DNA of 64,000 bases, taken from positions 2,188,769 through 2,252,768 of the forward strand of contig OZ244779.1 of the NCBI GenBank assembly GCA_965219575.1, in the 5' to 3' direction. The position numbers were made by a program, and so were the translations under genes. Below, piece by piece: positions 10,916 through 23,300 of the stretch. Numbering within the stretch: the first letter of the stretch is position 1; each line of letters starts with the position of its first letter. The notes below the pieces were generated by a model that did not search any database, was not told the origin of the DNA, and saw nothing but the letters and a program-made list of their open reading frames with translations. The stretch comes from Candidatus Oxydemutatoraceae bacterium (lineage in GTDB: Bacteria > Pseudomonadota > Gammaproteobacteria > Poriferisulfidales > Oxydemutatoraceae).

Positions 10916-11095
10916 TTATTCTTCAACGGTCAAAGCACCCGAAGGGCACTTCGACACTTGATCTCGTATCGCCTCCTCACTTGCGCCAGATTCATCAATA
11001 ACGAATTTACCATCTTCTATCTTGAAAACAGACGGTAACCCGTTAACGCAATTTCCTGCATGTATACAGGTATTCTCATTCCACTTAACTTGCAT
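10916..11095 (-). CDS. Divergent 4Fe-4S mono-cluster protein (YjdI/Fer4_19-like), 59 aa
   Basis: Below the ORF-track cutoff. MQVKWNENTCIHAGNCVNGLPSVF...VSKCPSGAL; AGGAGA RBS upstream. Confidence 0.9.
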   Translation of the reverse strand: MQVKWNENTCIHAGNCVNGLPSVFKIEDGKFVIDESGASEEAIRDQVSKCPSGALTVEE

Positions 11096-11269
11096 AATTA
11101 TCTCCTAATAAATTTTGGAAATCAAATACCCTTGGGGGGTATTACTCGTATGACCGTCTATTTTACCATAAACAGGCAGTTTCGGTTTTAGAAAGTGTTA
11201 ATACCGAAGGCACAAAAACCGAATACAAAAATAGCTATATATTCGTTATTTCTCGAGTATTCCTGCGGT

Positions 11270-11665
11270 CTACTCCTCGGGTCGAAAACGAAGTGCCACA
11301 GAATTGATACAATAACGCAGAGCCGTAGGTTGTGGGCCATCCTCGAATACATGGCCTAAGTGGGCATCGCAGATTGCACACAAAATTTCGACCCGTTTCA
11401 TGCCCAGCGAATAGTCCGCTCGGTGCTCTATTAACTCTTCATCTATCGGGGCATAAAAGCTGGGCCAACCACTACCCGAATCAAACTTAGTCTGTGATGA
11501 AAATATCGGCGTGTCGCAACAGACACAATGATAAATACCTTTGATTTGGTTGGCATAGTATTGTCCGCTAAACGGAGGTTCCGTACCCTTTCTCCGACAT
11601 ACGCGATACTGCTCGTCGTTAAGTTGTTTGCGCCATTCTTGATCACTTTTAATCAGCTTGTTCAT
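11270..11665 (-). CDS. msrB: Peptide-methionine (R)-S-oxide reductase
   Basis: [30 protein letters not shown]; two CxxC Zn motifs. Confidence 0.97.
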   Translation of the reverse strand: MNKLIKSDQEWRKQLNDEQYRVCRRKGTEPPFSGQYYANQIKGIYHCVCCDTPIFSSQTKFDSGSGWPSFYAPIDEELIEHRADYSLGMKRVEILCAICDAHLGHVFEDGPQPTALRYCINSVALRFRPEE

Positions 11666-11721
11666 AGCGTCAAACGTGATTTTATAGTTTTCCTTTGCAG
11701 TATACGATGCGAAATTACGAC

Positions 11722-13809
11722 TTAGACTGCTTTCATACTCAACCGGACGCGTCCTTGTTTGTCTATATCCAATACTTTGACGCTGACCTCGTCGCCTTCG
11801 TTTAGCTTATCTCTAACATTCTTGACATGCTCCTCGCAAATTTGAGAAACATGCAGTAAACCGTCCCTACCCGGTAAAATGGTTACGAAAGCACCGAAGT
11901 CCATAATACGTGCCACTTTGCCGTTATAGACTCGTCCTATTTCCACATCGGCAGTGAGTTCCTCGATGCGGCGCTTAGCTTCATTAGCCGACTCACCGTC
12001 CGGAGAAGCGATAACGACGGTTCCGTCGTCCTCTACATTAATAACGGTACCGGTCTCTTCGGTTAATGCACGAATTGTCGCGCCACCCTTGCCTATAATG
12101 TCGCGAATTTTATTCTGATTCACCTGTAAAGTTATTAGTTTGGGAGCATATTCCGAAAATTGGTTGGGACGATCGAGTGCTTCGTTCATCTTGGCAAGAA
12201 TATGCAGCCGCCCCTCTTTTGCTTGCTCTAAAGCAGCCTGCATAATCTCGGCGGTTACGCCTTCTATTTTTATATCCATTTGAAGTGCCGTAATACCTTT
12301 TTCGGTACCTGCTACTTTGAAATCCATATCACCGAAATGATCTTCGTCTCCCATGATGTCGCTCAATACCGCATAACGATCGCCTTGTAATATCAATCCC
12401 ATCGCAATACCGCTCACATGCGATTTGATCGGCACACCGGCATCCATTAGTGCCAGACTGGTGCCACAAACCGAGGCCATAGAACTGGAGCCGTTGGACT
12501 CGGTTATTTCAGAAACCACGCGTATCACATAAGGAAATTCGCTCTCGTCCGGCATCACCGCCAGCAAACCTCGCTTTGCCAAGCGACCATGCCCTATTTC
12601 ACGGCGCTTAGGAGAGCCCATAAACCCGACTTCGCCTACACAATACGAAGGAAAATTATAATGTAGCATAAAGCGATCTTTATATTCTTTTTCTATGCCG
12701 TCGATAATCTGAGCATCTCTGTCGGTTCCCAGTGTTGCGGTAACTATAGCCTGGGTTTCACCTCTGGTAAATAAAGCGTCTCCGTGCACTCTTGGTAATT
12801 GTCCGATCTCGATAGCGATAGGCCTAACCGTACGCGTATCACGACCATCTATACGCGGTTCCCCGTTGATGATTTTATTTCGGACAATCTTTTTCTCCAG
12901 TGTAGAAAACGCACTGAGTATCTGCATTTCTCGGCTTTCCTTGTCTTCGTCTTCGCTATTCTCCGTCGTTAATAGGCTTAGTGCTTTATCGCGTAGTGAG
13001 CCAACCGCTGTCTGACGTTCAATTTTATCCGAGATGGCGTAAGCGTTGCGCAACTCGGGACCCAAATGTGATTTCAATTCCTCACTTATTTCATCAAGAT
13101 TTGCCGTAGGTTGCCACTCCCATTTCGGCTTGGCAACTTCATCCGCCATCTCTTTAATTGCATTAATCGCCGGTTGCATTTGTTCGTGTCCGAAAGTCAC
13201 CGCCCCCAACATCTGCTCTTCGCTCAATTCTTCGGCTTGCGATTCAACCATAAGCACTGCCTTATCGGTGCCTGCCACAACTAAATCTAAATTCGAAGCA
13301 TTTAATTGGTCCAAAGTAGGGTTGAGCAAATAATTCCCATCTTGAAAACCTATACGAGCTGCTCCGATAGGTCCGTTAAACGGTATACCCGAAATAGAAA
13401 GTGCGGCGGATGCCGCCAATAAAGCAGGTATATCGGCATCAACTTTAGGATTTAACGATAAAACCGTTGCAACAACTTGTACCTCGTCCGAGAAGCCTCC
13501 CGGAAATAGGGGGCGTATAGGCCTGTCTATCAATCTGGATATTAAGGTTTCTTTCTCCGACGGGCGTCCTTCTCGCTTAAAAAACCCTCCCGGTATTTTA
13601 CCTGCGGCATAGGTTCGCTCCTGATAATGAACGGAAAGTGGTAAAAAATCTCTATAAACGGAGGTTTCGCGTTTGCTGACCACACTCGCTAGAACAACCG
13701 TATCTTCGATATTAACCAGCACCGCACTGTCGGCTTGTCGAGCAATCCTGCCGGTTTCCAATGAAACCGTATAGCTACCATATTGGAAGGTTTTCCTAAC
13801 TACGGGCAT
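11722..13809 (-). CDS. pnp: Polyribonucleotide nucleotidyltransferase
   Basis: [40 protein letters not shown]; KH and S1 domains. Confidence 0.99.
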   Translation of the reverse strand: MPVVRKTFQYGSYTVSLETGRIARQADSAVLVNIEDTVVLASVVSKRETSVYRDFLPLSVHYQERTYAAGKIPGGFFKREGRPSEKETLISRLIDRPIRPLFPGGFSDEVQVVATVLSLNPKVDADIPALLAASAALSISGIPFNGPIGAARIGFQDGNYLLNPTLDQLNASNLDLVVAGTDKAVLMVESQAEELSEEQMLGAVTFGHEQMQPAINAIKEMADEVAKPKWEWQPTANLDEISEELKSHLGPELRNAYAISDKIERQTAVGSLRDKALSLLTTENSEDEDKESREMQILSAFSTLEKKIVRNKIINGEPRIDGRDTRTVRPIAIEIGQLPRVHGDALFTRGETQAIVTATLGTDRDAQIIDGIEKEYKDRFMLHYNFPSYCVGEVGFMGSPKRREIGHGRLAKRGLLAVMPDESEFPYVIRVVSEITESNGSSSMASVCGTSLALMDAGVPIKSHVSGIAMGLILQGDRYAVLSDIMGDEDHFGDMDFKVAGTEKGITALQMDIKIEGVTAEIMQAALEQAKEGRLHILAKMNEALDRPNQFSEYAPKLITLQVNQNKIRDIIGKGGATIRALTEETGTVINVEDDGTVVIASPDGESANEAKRRIEELTADVEIGRVYNGKVARIMDFGAFVTILPGRDGLLHVSQICEEHVKNVRDKLNEGDEVSVKVLDIDKQGRVRLSMKAV

Positions 13810-13836
13810 ATTCTCTCTTGTCCGATTAAACGCGCT

Positions 13837-14106
13837 TTAACGACGTAGTCCCAGAGAAGATATTAGAACTTGGTAACGATCTTTATCTTTGGATTTTAAG
13901 TAATCAAGAAGCTGGCGACGCGAGTTCACCATTTTAAGTAAGCCTCTTCTAGAGTGTGTGTCTTTCTTATGCTCGGCGAAATGATTTTGAAGGCCGTTGA
14001 TACGCTCCGTCAACAAGGCAACTTGAACTTCAACCGAACCGGTATCTTTTTCTGAACGAGCATATTCCTTAACTACTCTGATTTTCTCTTCTTTATTTAA
14101 GGGCAT
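13837..14106 (-). CDS. rpsO: 30S ribosomal protein S15
   Basis: [29 protein letters not shown]. Confidence 0.99.
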   Translation of the reverse strand: MPLNKEEKIRVVKEYARSEKDTGSVEVQVALLTERINGLQNHFAEHKKDTHSRRGLLKMVNSRRQLLDYLKSKDKDRYQVLISSLGLRR

Positions 14107-14270
14107 TGTTCCGTGTGTCTCTATTTAATAATGAAGCATTATAACATAAAAGCCGAATGACTAGGCATAATGTTAGATACCAATACCGAATACACTCTTG
14201 GTATGGCAGTAGGATACCGGTTCAAAATAGAAACGATGTTATTCGTTGTTGAGATTGTTCAAAGATGACA

Positions 14271-14295
14271 AGGGGCAGATTATATCTCTGCCCCT
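14271..14295 (-). terminator. Hairpin just downstream of the giant gene (terminator or REP-like)
   Basis: aggggcaga-ttatatc-tctgcccct, a perfect 9-bp stem about 10 nt past the stop codon. Confidence 0.6.
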
Positions 14296-14304
14296 ATTCT
14301 ACGA

Positions 14305-17300
14305 TTATTGCAGAGGCCCTTCGAGGAATACCTTGATACGCAGACGAATGCCGGCACTTCCACGCTCAACGGCTATGGTATAGGTTTCACTATCATCGCC
14401 GTTTTCTGCGGTAACTACTATAGTTATTGTCGTAGTCTCGCCTTCAGCTAATGGAATATCGTCATCTAGGTTCGCTTCTCCCTCGTCTACACGAACTTCT
14501 ATGGTTGCATTACTATCGCTCAATACAGCCGATACCGTTGTCGCATCTATATCGTTATCGACCATCACATTGTAGTTAAAGGTGCCGCTGTCAAAGGCAA
14601 ACGGAATGTCTCTTAACGACAGACTGCTCAATGTCGCAATGTTGTTCCCCTCTCGTGTAATCGCTATGACATATGTCTGCGATGCGATGCCGTTTTCTGC
14701 TATCACTTTAACCGCAATCTCGGTATCGCCTACGCGTAATCCAATATCGTCATCTAGGTTCTCTACCAAATCTCCTTCGTCTACACGAACTTCTATGGTT
14801 GCATCACTATCGGTCAACACAGCAGATACCGTTGTCGCATCTATATCGTTAGCAACGGTCACATCGTAGTTAAAGTCACCACTGTCAAAGGCAAGCGGAA
14901 TGTCTCTTAACGACAAACTGTTTAATGTCGCAACATCGCTCGCTTCTCGTGTAATCGCTATGACATATGTCTGCGATGCGATGCCGTCTTCTGCTATCAC
15001 TTTAACCGCAATCTCGGTATCGCCTACGGGTAATCCAATATCGGCATCTAGGTTTTCTACCAAATCTCCTTCGTCTACACGAACTTCTATGGTTGCATCA
15101 CTATCGGTCAACACAGCAGATACCGTTGTCGCATCTATATCGTTAGCAACGGTCACATCGTAGTTAAAGTCACTACTGTCAAAGGCAAGCGGAATGTCTC
15201 TTAACGACAAACTGTCTAATGTCGCAACATCGTTCGCTTCCCGTGTAATCGCTATGACATACGTCTGCGATGCGATGTTGTTTGCTGCTATCACTTTAAC
15301 CGCAATCTCGGTATCGCCTACGGGTAATCCAATATCGGCATCTAGGCTATCTACCAAATCTCCTTCGTCTATACGAACTTCTATGGTTGCATTATCATCG
15401 GTCAACACAGCAGATACCGTTGTCGCATCTATATCGTTAGCAACGGTCACATCGTAGTTAAGCTGAGCACTTATAAACTCAAACGGAATGTCTCTTAACG
15501 ACAAACTGCTCAATGTCGCATCTGCCCCCGGTAATGCCTCGCGTCTTACAGTTATCCTATAAGTTTCCATTGTCTCACCATCTTCGGCAGTCACTAAAAT
15601 CTCAATTCTATTGCTACCTACTCCTAATGCAACTCTGCCATTTTCCACCGGTGAAGCGTTAGCTGTAATGCTTGTGACACTTGCATTAGGATCACTTAGC
15701 ATAGTTGTCACCGTTGTCGCATCTATATCGTTATCGACCATCACATTGTAGTCAAAATCATTACTGTCAAAGGCAAGCGGAATGTCTCTTAACGATAAAC
15801 TGCTCAATGTCGCAACATCGTTTCCTTCTCGTGTAATCGCTATGACATACGTCTGCGATGCGATGCCGTCTTCTGCTATCACTTTAACCGCAATCTCGGT
15901 ATCGCCTACGGGTAATTCAATATCGGCATCTAGGTTCTCTACCAAATCTCCTTCGTCTACACGAACTTCTATGGTTGCATCACTATCGGTCAACACAGCA
16001 GATACCGTTGTCGCATCTATATCGTTAGCAACGGTCACATCGTAGTTAAAGTCACCACTATCAAAGGCAAGCGGAATGTCTCTTAACGATAAACTGCTCA
16101 ATGTCGCAACATCGCTCGCTTCCCGTGTAATCGCTATGACATACGTCTGCGATGCGATGCCGTCTTCTGCTATCACTTTAACCGCAATCTCGGTATCGCC
16201 TACGGGTAATTCAATATCGGCATCTAGGTTCTCTACCAAATCTCCTTCGTCTACACGAACTTCTATGGTTGCATCACTATCGGTCAATACAGCAGATACC
16301 GTTGTCGCATCTATATCGTTAGCAACGGTCACATCGTAGTTAAAGTCACCACTGTCAAAGGCAAGCGGAATATCTCTTAACGACAGACTGTTTAATGTCG
16401 CAACATCGTTCGCTTCCCGTGTAATCGCTATGACATACGTCTGCGATGCGATGCCGTCTTCTGCTATCACTTTAACCGCAATCTCGGTATCGCCTACGGG
16501 TAATCCAATATCGGCATCTAGGTTCTCTACCAAATCTCCTTCGTCTACACGAACTTCTATGGTTGCATCACTATCGGTCAACACAGCAGATACCGTTGTC
16601 GCATCTATATCGTTAGCAACGGTCACATCGTAGTTAAAGTCACCACTGTCAAAGGCAAGCGGAATGTCTCTTAACGACAGACTGTTTAATGTCGCAACAT
16701 CGCTCGCTTCTCGTGTAATCGCTATGACATACGTCTGCGATGCGATGCCGTTTGCTGCTATCACTTTAACCGCAATCTCGGTATCGCCTACGGGTAATTC
16801 AATATCGGCATCTAGGTTCTCTACCAAATCTCCTTCGTCTACACGAACTTCTATGGTTGCCTCATCATCGGTCAACACAGCAGATACCGTTGTCGCATCT
16901 ATATCGTTAGCAACGGTCACATCGTAGTTAAAGTCACCACTGTCAAAGGCAAGCGGAATGTCTCTTAACGATAAACTGCTCAATGTCGCAACATCGCTCG
17001 CTTCCCGTGTAATCGCTATGACATATGTCTGCGATGCGATGCCGTCTTCTGCTATCACTTTAACCGCAATCTCGGTATCGCCTACGGGTAATCCAATATC
17101 GGCATCTAGGTTCTCTACCAAATCTCCTTCGTCTACACGAACTTCTATGGTTGCATTATCATCGGTCAACACAGCAGATACCGTTGTCGCATCTATATCG
17201 TTAGCAACGGTCACATCGTAGTTAAGCTGAGCACTTATAAACTCAAACGGAATGTCTCTTAACGACAAACTGCTCAATGTCGCATCTGCCCCCGGTAATG

Positions 17301-20300
17301 CCTCGCGTCTTACAGTTATCCTATAAGTTTCCATTGTCTCACCATCTTCGGCAGTCACTAAAATCTCAATTCTATTGCTACCTACTCCTAATGCAACTCT
17401 GCCATTTTCCACCGGTGAACCGTTAGCTGTAATGCTTGTGACACTTGCATTAGGATCACTTAGCATAGTTGTCACCGTTGTCGCATCTATATCGTTATCG
17501 ACCATCACATTGTAGTCAAAATCATTACTGTCAAAGGCAAGCGGAATGTCTCTTAACGATAAACTGCTCAATGTCGCAACATCGTTTCCTTCTCGTGTAA
17601 TCGCTATGACATACGTCTGCGATGCGATGCCGTCTTCTGCTATCACTTTAACCGCAATCTCGGTATCGCCTACGGGTAATTCAATATCGGCATCTAGGTT
17701 CTCTACCAAATCTCCTTCGTCTACACGAACTTCTATGGTTGCATCACTATCGGTCAACACAGCAGATACCGTTGTCGCATCTATATCGTTAGCAACGGTC
17801 ACATCGTAGTTAAAGTCACCACTATCAAAGGCAAGCGGAATGTCTCTTAACGATAAACTGCTCAATGTCGCAACATCGCTCGCTTCCCGTGTAATCGCTA
17901 TGACATACGTCTGCGATGCGATGCCGTTTTCTGCTATCACTTTAACCGCAATCTCGGTATCGCCTACGGGTAATTCAATATCGGCATCTAGGTTCTCTAC
18001 CAAATCTCCTTCGTCTACACGAACTTCTATGGTTGCATCACTATCGGTCAACACAGCAGATACCGTTGTCGCATCTATATCGTTAGCAACGGTCACATCG
18101 TAGTTAAAGTCACCACTGTCAAAGGCAAGCGGAATGTCTCTTAACGACAAACTGTTTAATGTCGCAACATCGCTCGCTTCTCGTGTAATCGCTATGACAT
18201 ATGTCTGCGATGCGATGCCGTCTTCTGCTGTCACTTTAACCGCAATCTCGGTATCGCCTACGGGTAATTCAATATCGGCATCTAGGTTCTCTACCAAATC
18301 TCCTTCGTCTACACGAACTTCTATGGTTGCATCACTATCGGTCAACACAGCAGATACCGTTGTCGCATCTATATCGTTAGCAACGGTCACATCGTAGTTA
18401 AAGTCACCACTGTCAAAGGCAAGCGGAATGTCTCTTAACGACAAACTGTTTAATGTCGCAACATCGCTCGCTTCTCGTGTAATCGCTATGACATATGTCT
18501 GCGATGCGATGCCGTCTTCTGCTATCACTTTAACCGCAATCTCGGTATCGCCTACGGGTAATCCAATATCGGCATCTAGGTTTTCTACCAAATCTCCTTC
18601 GTCTACACGAACTTCTATGGTTGCATCACTATCGGTCAACACAGCAGATACCGTTGTCGCATCTATATCGTTAGCAACGGTCACATCGTAGTTAAAGTCA
18701 CCACTGTCAAAGGCAAGCGGAATGTCTCTTAACGATAAACTGCTCAATGTCGCAACATCGTTCGCTTCCCGTGTAATCGCTATGTTATACGTCTGCGATG
18801 CGATGCCGTCTTCTGCTATCACTTTAACCGCAATCTCGGTATCGCCTACGGGTAATCCAATATCGGCATCTAGGTTCTCTACCAAATCTCCTTCGTCTAC
18901 ACGAACTTCTATGGTTGCATCACTATCGGTCAACACAGCAGATACCGTTGTCGCATCTATATCGTTAGCAACGGTCACATCGTAGTTAAAGTCACCACTG
19001 TCAAAGGCAAGCGGAATATCTCTTAACGACAAACTGTCTAATGTCGCAACATCGCTCGCTTCCCGTGTAATCGCTATGACATACGTCTGCGATGCGATGT
19101 TGTTTGCTGCTATCACTTTAACCGCAATCTCGGTATCGCCTACGGGTAATCCAATATCGGCATCTAGGCTATCTACCAAATCTCCTTCGTCTACACGAAC
19201 TTCTATGGTTGCATTATCATCGGTCAACACAGCAGATACCGTTGTCGCATCTATATCGTTAGCAACGGTCACATCGTAGTTAAGCTGAGCACTTATAAAC
19301 TCAAACGGAATGTCTCTTAACGACAAACTGCTCAATGTCGCATCTGCCCCCGGTAATGCCTCGCGTCTTACAGTTATCCTATAAGTTTCCATTGTCTCAC
19401 CATCTTCGGCAGTCACTAAAATCTCAATTCTATTGCTACCTACTCCTAATGCAACTCTGCCATTTTCCACCGGTGAACCGTTAGCTGTAATGCTTGTGAC
19501 ACTTGCATTAGGATCACTTAGCATAGTTGTCACCGTTGTCGCATCTATATCGTTATCGACCATCACATTGTAGTCAAAATCATTACTGTCAAAGGCAAGC
19601 GGAATGTCTCTTAACGATAAACTGCTCAATGTCGCAACATCGTTTCCTTCTCGTGTAATCGCTATGACATACGTCTGCGATGCGATGCCGTTTTCTGCTA
19701 TCACTTTAACCGCAATCTCGGTATCGCCTACGGGTAATTCAATATCGGCATCTAGGTTCTCTACCAAATCTCCTTCGTCTACACGAACTTCTATGGTTGC
19801 ATCACTATCGGTCAACACAGCAGATACCGTTGTCGCATCTATATCGTTAGCAACGGTCACATCGTAGTTAAAGTCACCACTGTCAAAGGCAAGCGGAATG
19901 TCTCTTAACGATAAACTGCTCAATGTCGCAACATCGCTCGCTTCCCGTGTAATCGCTATGACATACGTCTGCGATGCGATGCCGTCTTCTGCTATCACTT
20001 TAACCGCAATCTCGGTATCGCCTACGGGTAATTCAATATCGGCATCTAGGTTCTCTACCAAATCTCCTTCGTCTACACGAACTTCTATGGTTGCATCACT
20101 ATCGGTCAACACAGCAGATACCGTTGTCGCATCTATATCGTTAGCAACGGTCACATCGTAGTTAAAGTCACCACTGTCAAAGGCAAGCGGAATGTCTCTT
20201 AACGACAAACTGTTTAATGTCGCAACATCGCTCGCTTCTCGTGTAATCGCTATGACATATGTCTGCGATGCGATGCCGTCTTCTGCTATCACTTTAACCG

Positions 20301-23300
20301 CAATCTCGGTATCGCCTACGGGTAATCCAATATCGGCATCTAGGTTTTCTACCAAATCTCCTTCGTCTACACGAACTTCTATGGTTGCATCACTATCGGT
20401 CAACACAGCAGATACCGTTGTCGCATCTATATCGTTAGCAACGGTCACATCGTAGTTAAAGTCACCACTGTCAAAGGCAAGCGGAATGTCTCTTAACGAC
20501 AAACTGTTTAATGTCGCAACATCGCTCGCTTCTCGTGTAATCGCTATGACATATGTCTGCGATGCGATGCCGTCTTCTGCTATCACTTTAACCGCAATCT
20601 CGGTATCGCCTACGGGTAATCCAATATCGGCATCTAGGTTCTCTACCAAATCTCCTTCGTCTACACGAACTTCTATGGTTGCATCACTATCGGTCAACAC
20701 AGCAGATACCGTTGTCGCATCTATATCGTTAGCAACGGTCACATCGTAGTTAAAGTCACCACTGTCAAAGGCAAGCGGAATGTCTCTTAACGATAAACTG
20801 CTCAATGTCGCAACATCGTTCGCTTCCCGTGTAATCGCTATGTTATACGTCTGCGATGCGATGCCGTCTTCTGCTATCACTTTAACCGCAATCTCGGTAT
20901 CGCCTACGGGTAATCCAATATCGGCATCTAGGTTCTCTACCAAATCTCCTTCGTCTACACGAACTTCTATGGTTGCATTATCATCGGTCAACACAGCAGA
21001 TACCGTTGTCGCATCTATATCGTTAGCAACGGTCACATCGTAGTTAAAGTCACCACTGTCAAAGGCAAGCGGAATATCTCTTAACGACAAACTGTCTAAT
21101 GTCGCAACATCGTTCGCTTCCCGTGTAATCGCTATGACATACGTCTGCGATGCGATGTTGTTTGCTGCTATCACTTTAACCGCAATCTCGGTATCGCCTA
21201 CGGGTAATCCAATATCGGCATCTAGGCTATCTACCAAATCTCCTTCGTCTACACGAACTTCTATGGTTGCATTATCATCGGTCAACACAGCAGATACCGT
21301 TGTCGCATCTATATCGTTAGCAACGGTCACATCGTAGTTAAGCTGAGCACTTATAAACTCAAACGGAATGTCTCTTAACGACAAACTGCTCAATGTCGCA
21401 TCTGCCCCCGGTAATGCCTCGCGTCTTACAGTTATCCTATAAGTTTCCATTGTCTCACCATCTTCGGCAGTCACTAAAATCTCAATTCTATTGCTACCTA
21501 CTCCTAATGCAACTCTGCCATTTTCCACCGGTGAACCGTTAGCTGTAATGCTTGTGACACTTGCATTAGGATCACTTAGCATAGTTGTCACCGTTGTCGC
21601 ATCTATATCGTTATCGACCATCACATTGTAGTCAAAATCATTACTGTCAAAGGCAAGCGGAATGTCTCTTAACGATAAACTGCTCAATGTCGCAACATCG
21701 TTTCCTTCTCGTGTAATCGCTATGACATACGTCTGCGATGCGATGCCGTCTTCTGCTATCACTTTAACCGCAATCTCGGTATCGCCTACGGGTAATTCAA
21801 TATCGGCATCTAGGTTCTCTACCAAATCTCCTTCGTCTACACGAACTTCTATGGTTGCATCACTATCGGTCAACACAGCAGATACCGTTGTCGCATCTAT
21901 ATCGTTAGCAACGGTCACATCGTAGTTAAAGTCACCACTGTCAAAGGCAAGCGGAATGTCTCTTAACGACAAACTGTTTAATGTCGCAACATCGCTCGCT
22001 TCTCGTGTAATCGCTATGACATATGTCTGCGATGCGATGCCGTCTTCTGCTATCACTTTAACCGCAATCTCGGTATCGCCTACGGGTAATTCAATATCGG
22101 CATCTAGGTTCTCTACCAAATCTCCTTCGTCTACACGAACTTCTATGGTTGCATCACTATCGGTCAACACAGCAGATACCGTTGTCGCATCTATATCGTT
22201 AGCAACGGTCACATCGTAGTTAAAGTCACCACTGTCAAAGGCAAGCGGAATGTCTCTTAACGACAAACTGTTTAATGTCGCAACATCGCTCGCTTCTCGT
22301 GTAATCGCTATGACATATGTCTGCGATGCGATGCCGTCTTCTGCTATCACTTTAACCGCAATCTCGGTATCGCCTACGGGTAATCCAATATCGGCATCTA
22401 GGTTCTCTACCAAATCTCCTTCGTCTACACGAACTTCTATGGTTGCATCACTATCGGTCAACACAGCAGATACCGTTGTCGCATCTATATCGTTAGCAAC
22501 GGTCACATCGTAGTTAAAGTCACCACTGTCAAAGGCAAGCGGAATGTCTCTTAACGATAAACTGCTCAATGTCGCAACATCGTTCGCTTCCCGTGTAATC
22601 GCTATGTTATACGTCTGCGATGCGATGCCGTCTTCTGCTATCACTTTAACCGCAATCTCGGTATCGCCTACGGGTAATCCAATATCGGCATCTAGGTTCT
22701 CTACCAAATCTCCTTCGTCTACACGAACTTCTATGGTTGCATCACTATCGGTCAACACAGCAGATACCGTTGTCGCATCTATATCGTTAGCAACGGTCAC
22801 ATCGTAGTTAAAGTCACCACTGTCAAAGGCAAGCGGAATGTCTCTTAACGACAAACTGTTTAATGTCGCAACATCGCTCGCTTCTCGTGTAATCGCTATG
22901 ACATATGTCTGCGATGCGATGCCGTCTTCTGCTATCACTTTAACCGCAATCTCGGTATCGCCTACGGGTAATCCAATATCGGCATCTAGGTTTTCTACCA
23001 AATCTCCTTCGTCTACACGAACTTCTATGGTTGCATCACTATCGGTCAACACAGCAGATACCGTTGTCGCATCTATATCGTTAGCAACGGTCACATCGTA
23101 GTTAAAGTCACTACTGTCAAAGGCAAGCGGAATGTCTCTTAACGACAAACTGTCTAATGTCGCAACATCGTTCGCTTCCCGTGTAATCGCTATGACATAC
23201 GTCTGCGATGCGATGTTGTTTGCTGCTATCACTTTAACCGCAATCTCGGTATCGCCTACGGGTAATCCAATATCGGCATCTAGGCTATCTACCAAATCTC

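Noticed and set aside
14305-14700. RTX/T1SS or autotransporter export of the giant
   Set aside because: There are no GGxGxD repeats and no C-terminal beta-barrel, and a Sec signal peptide is present.
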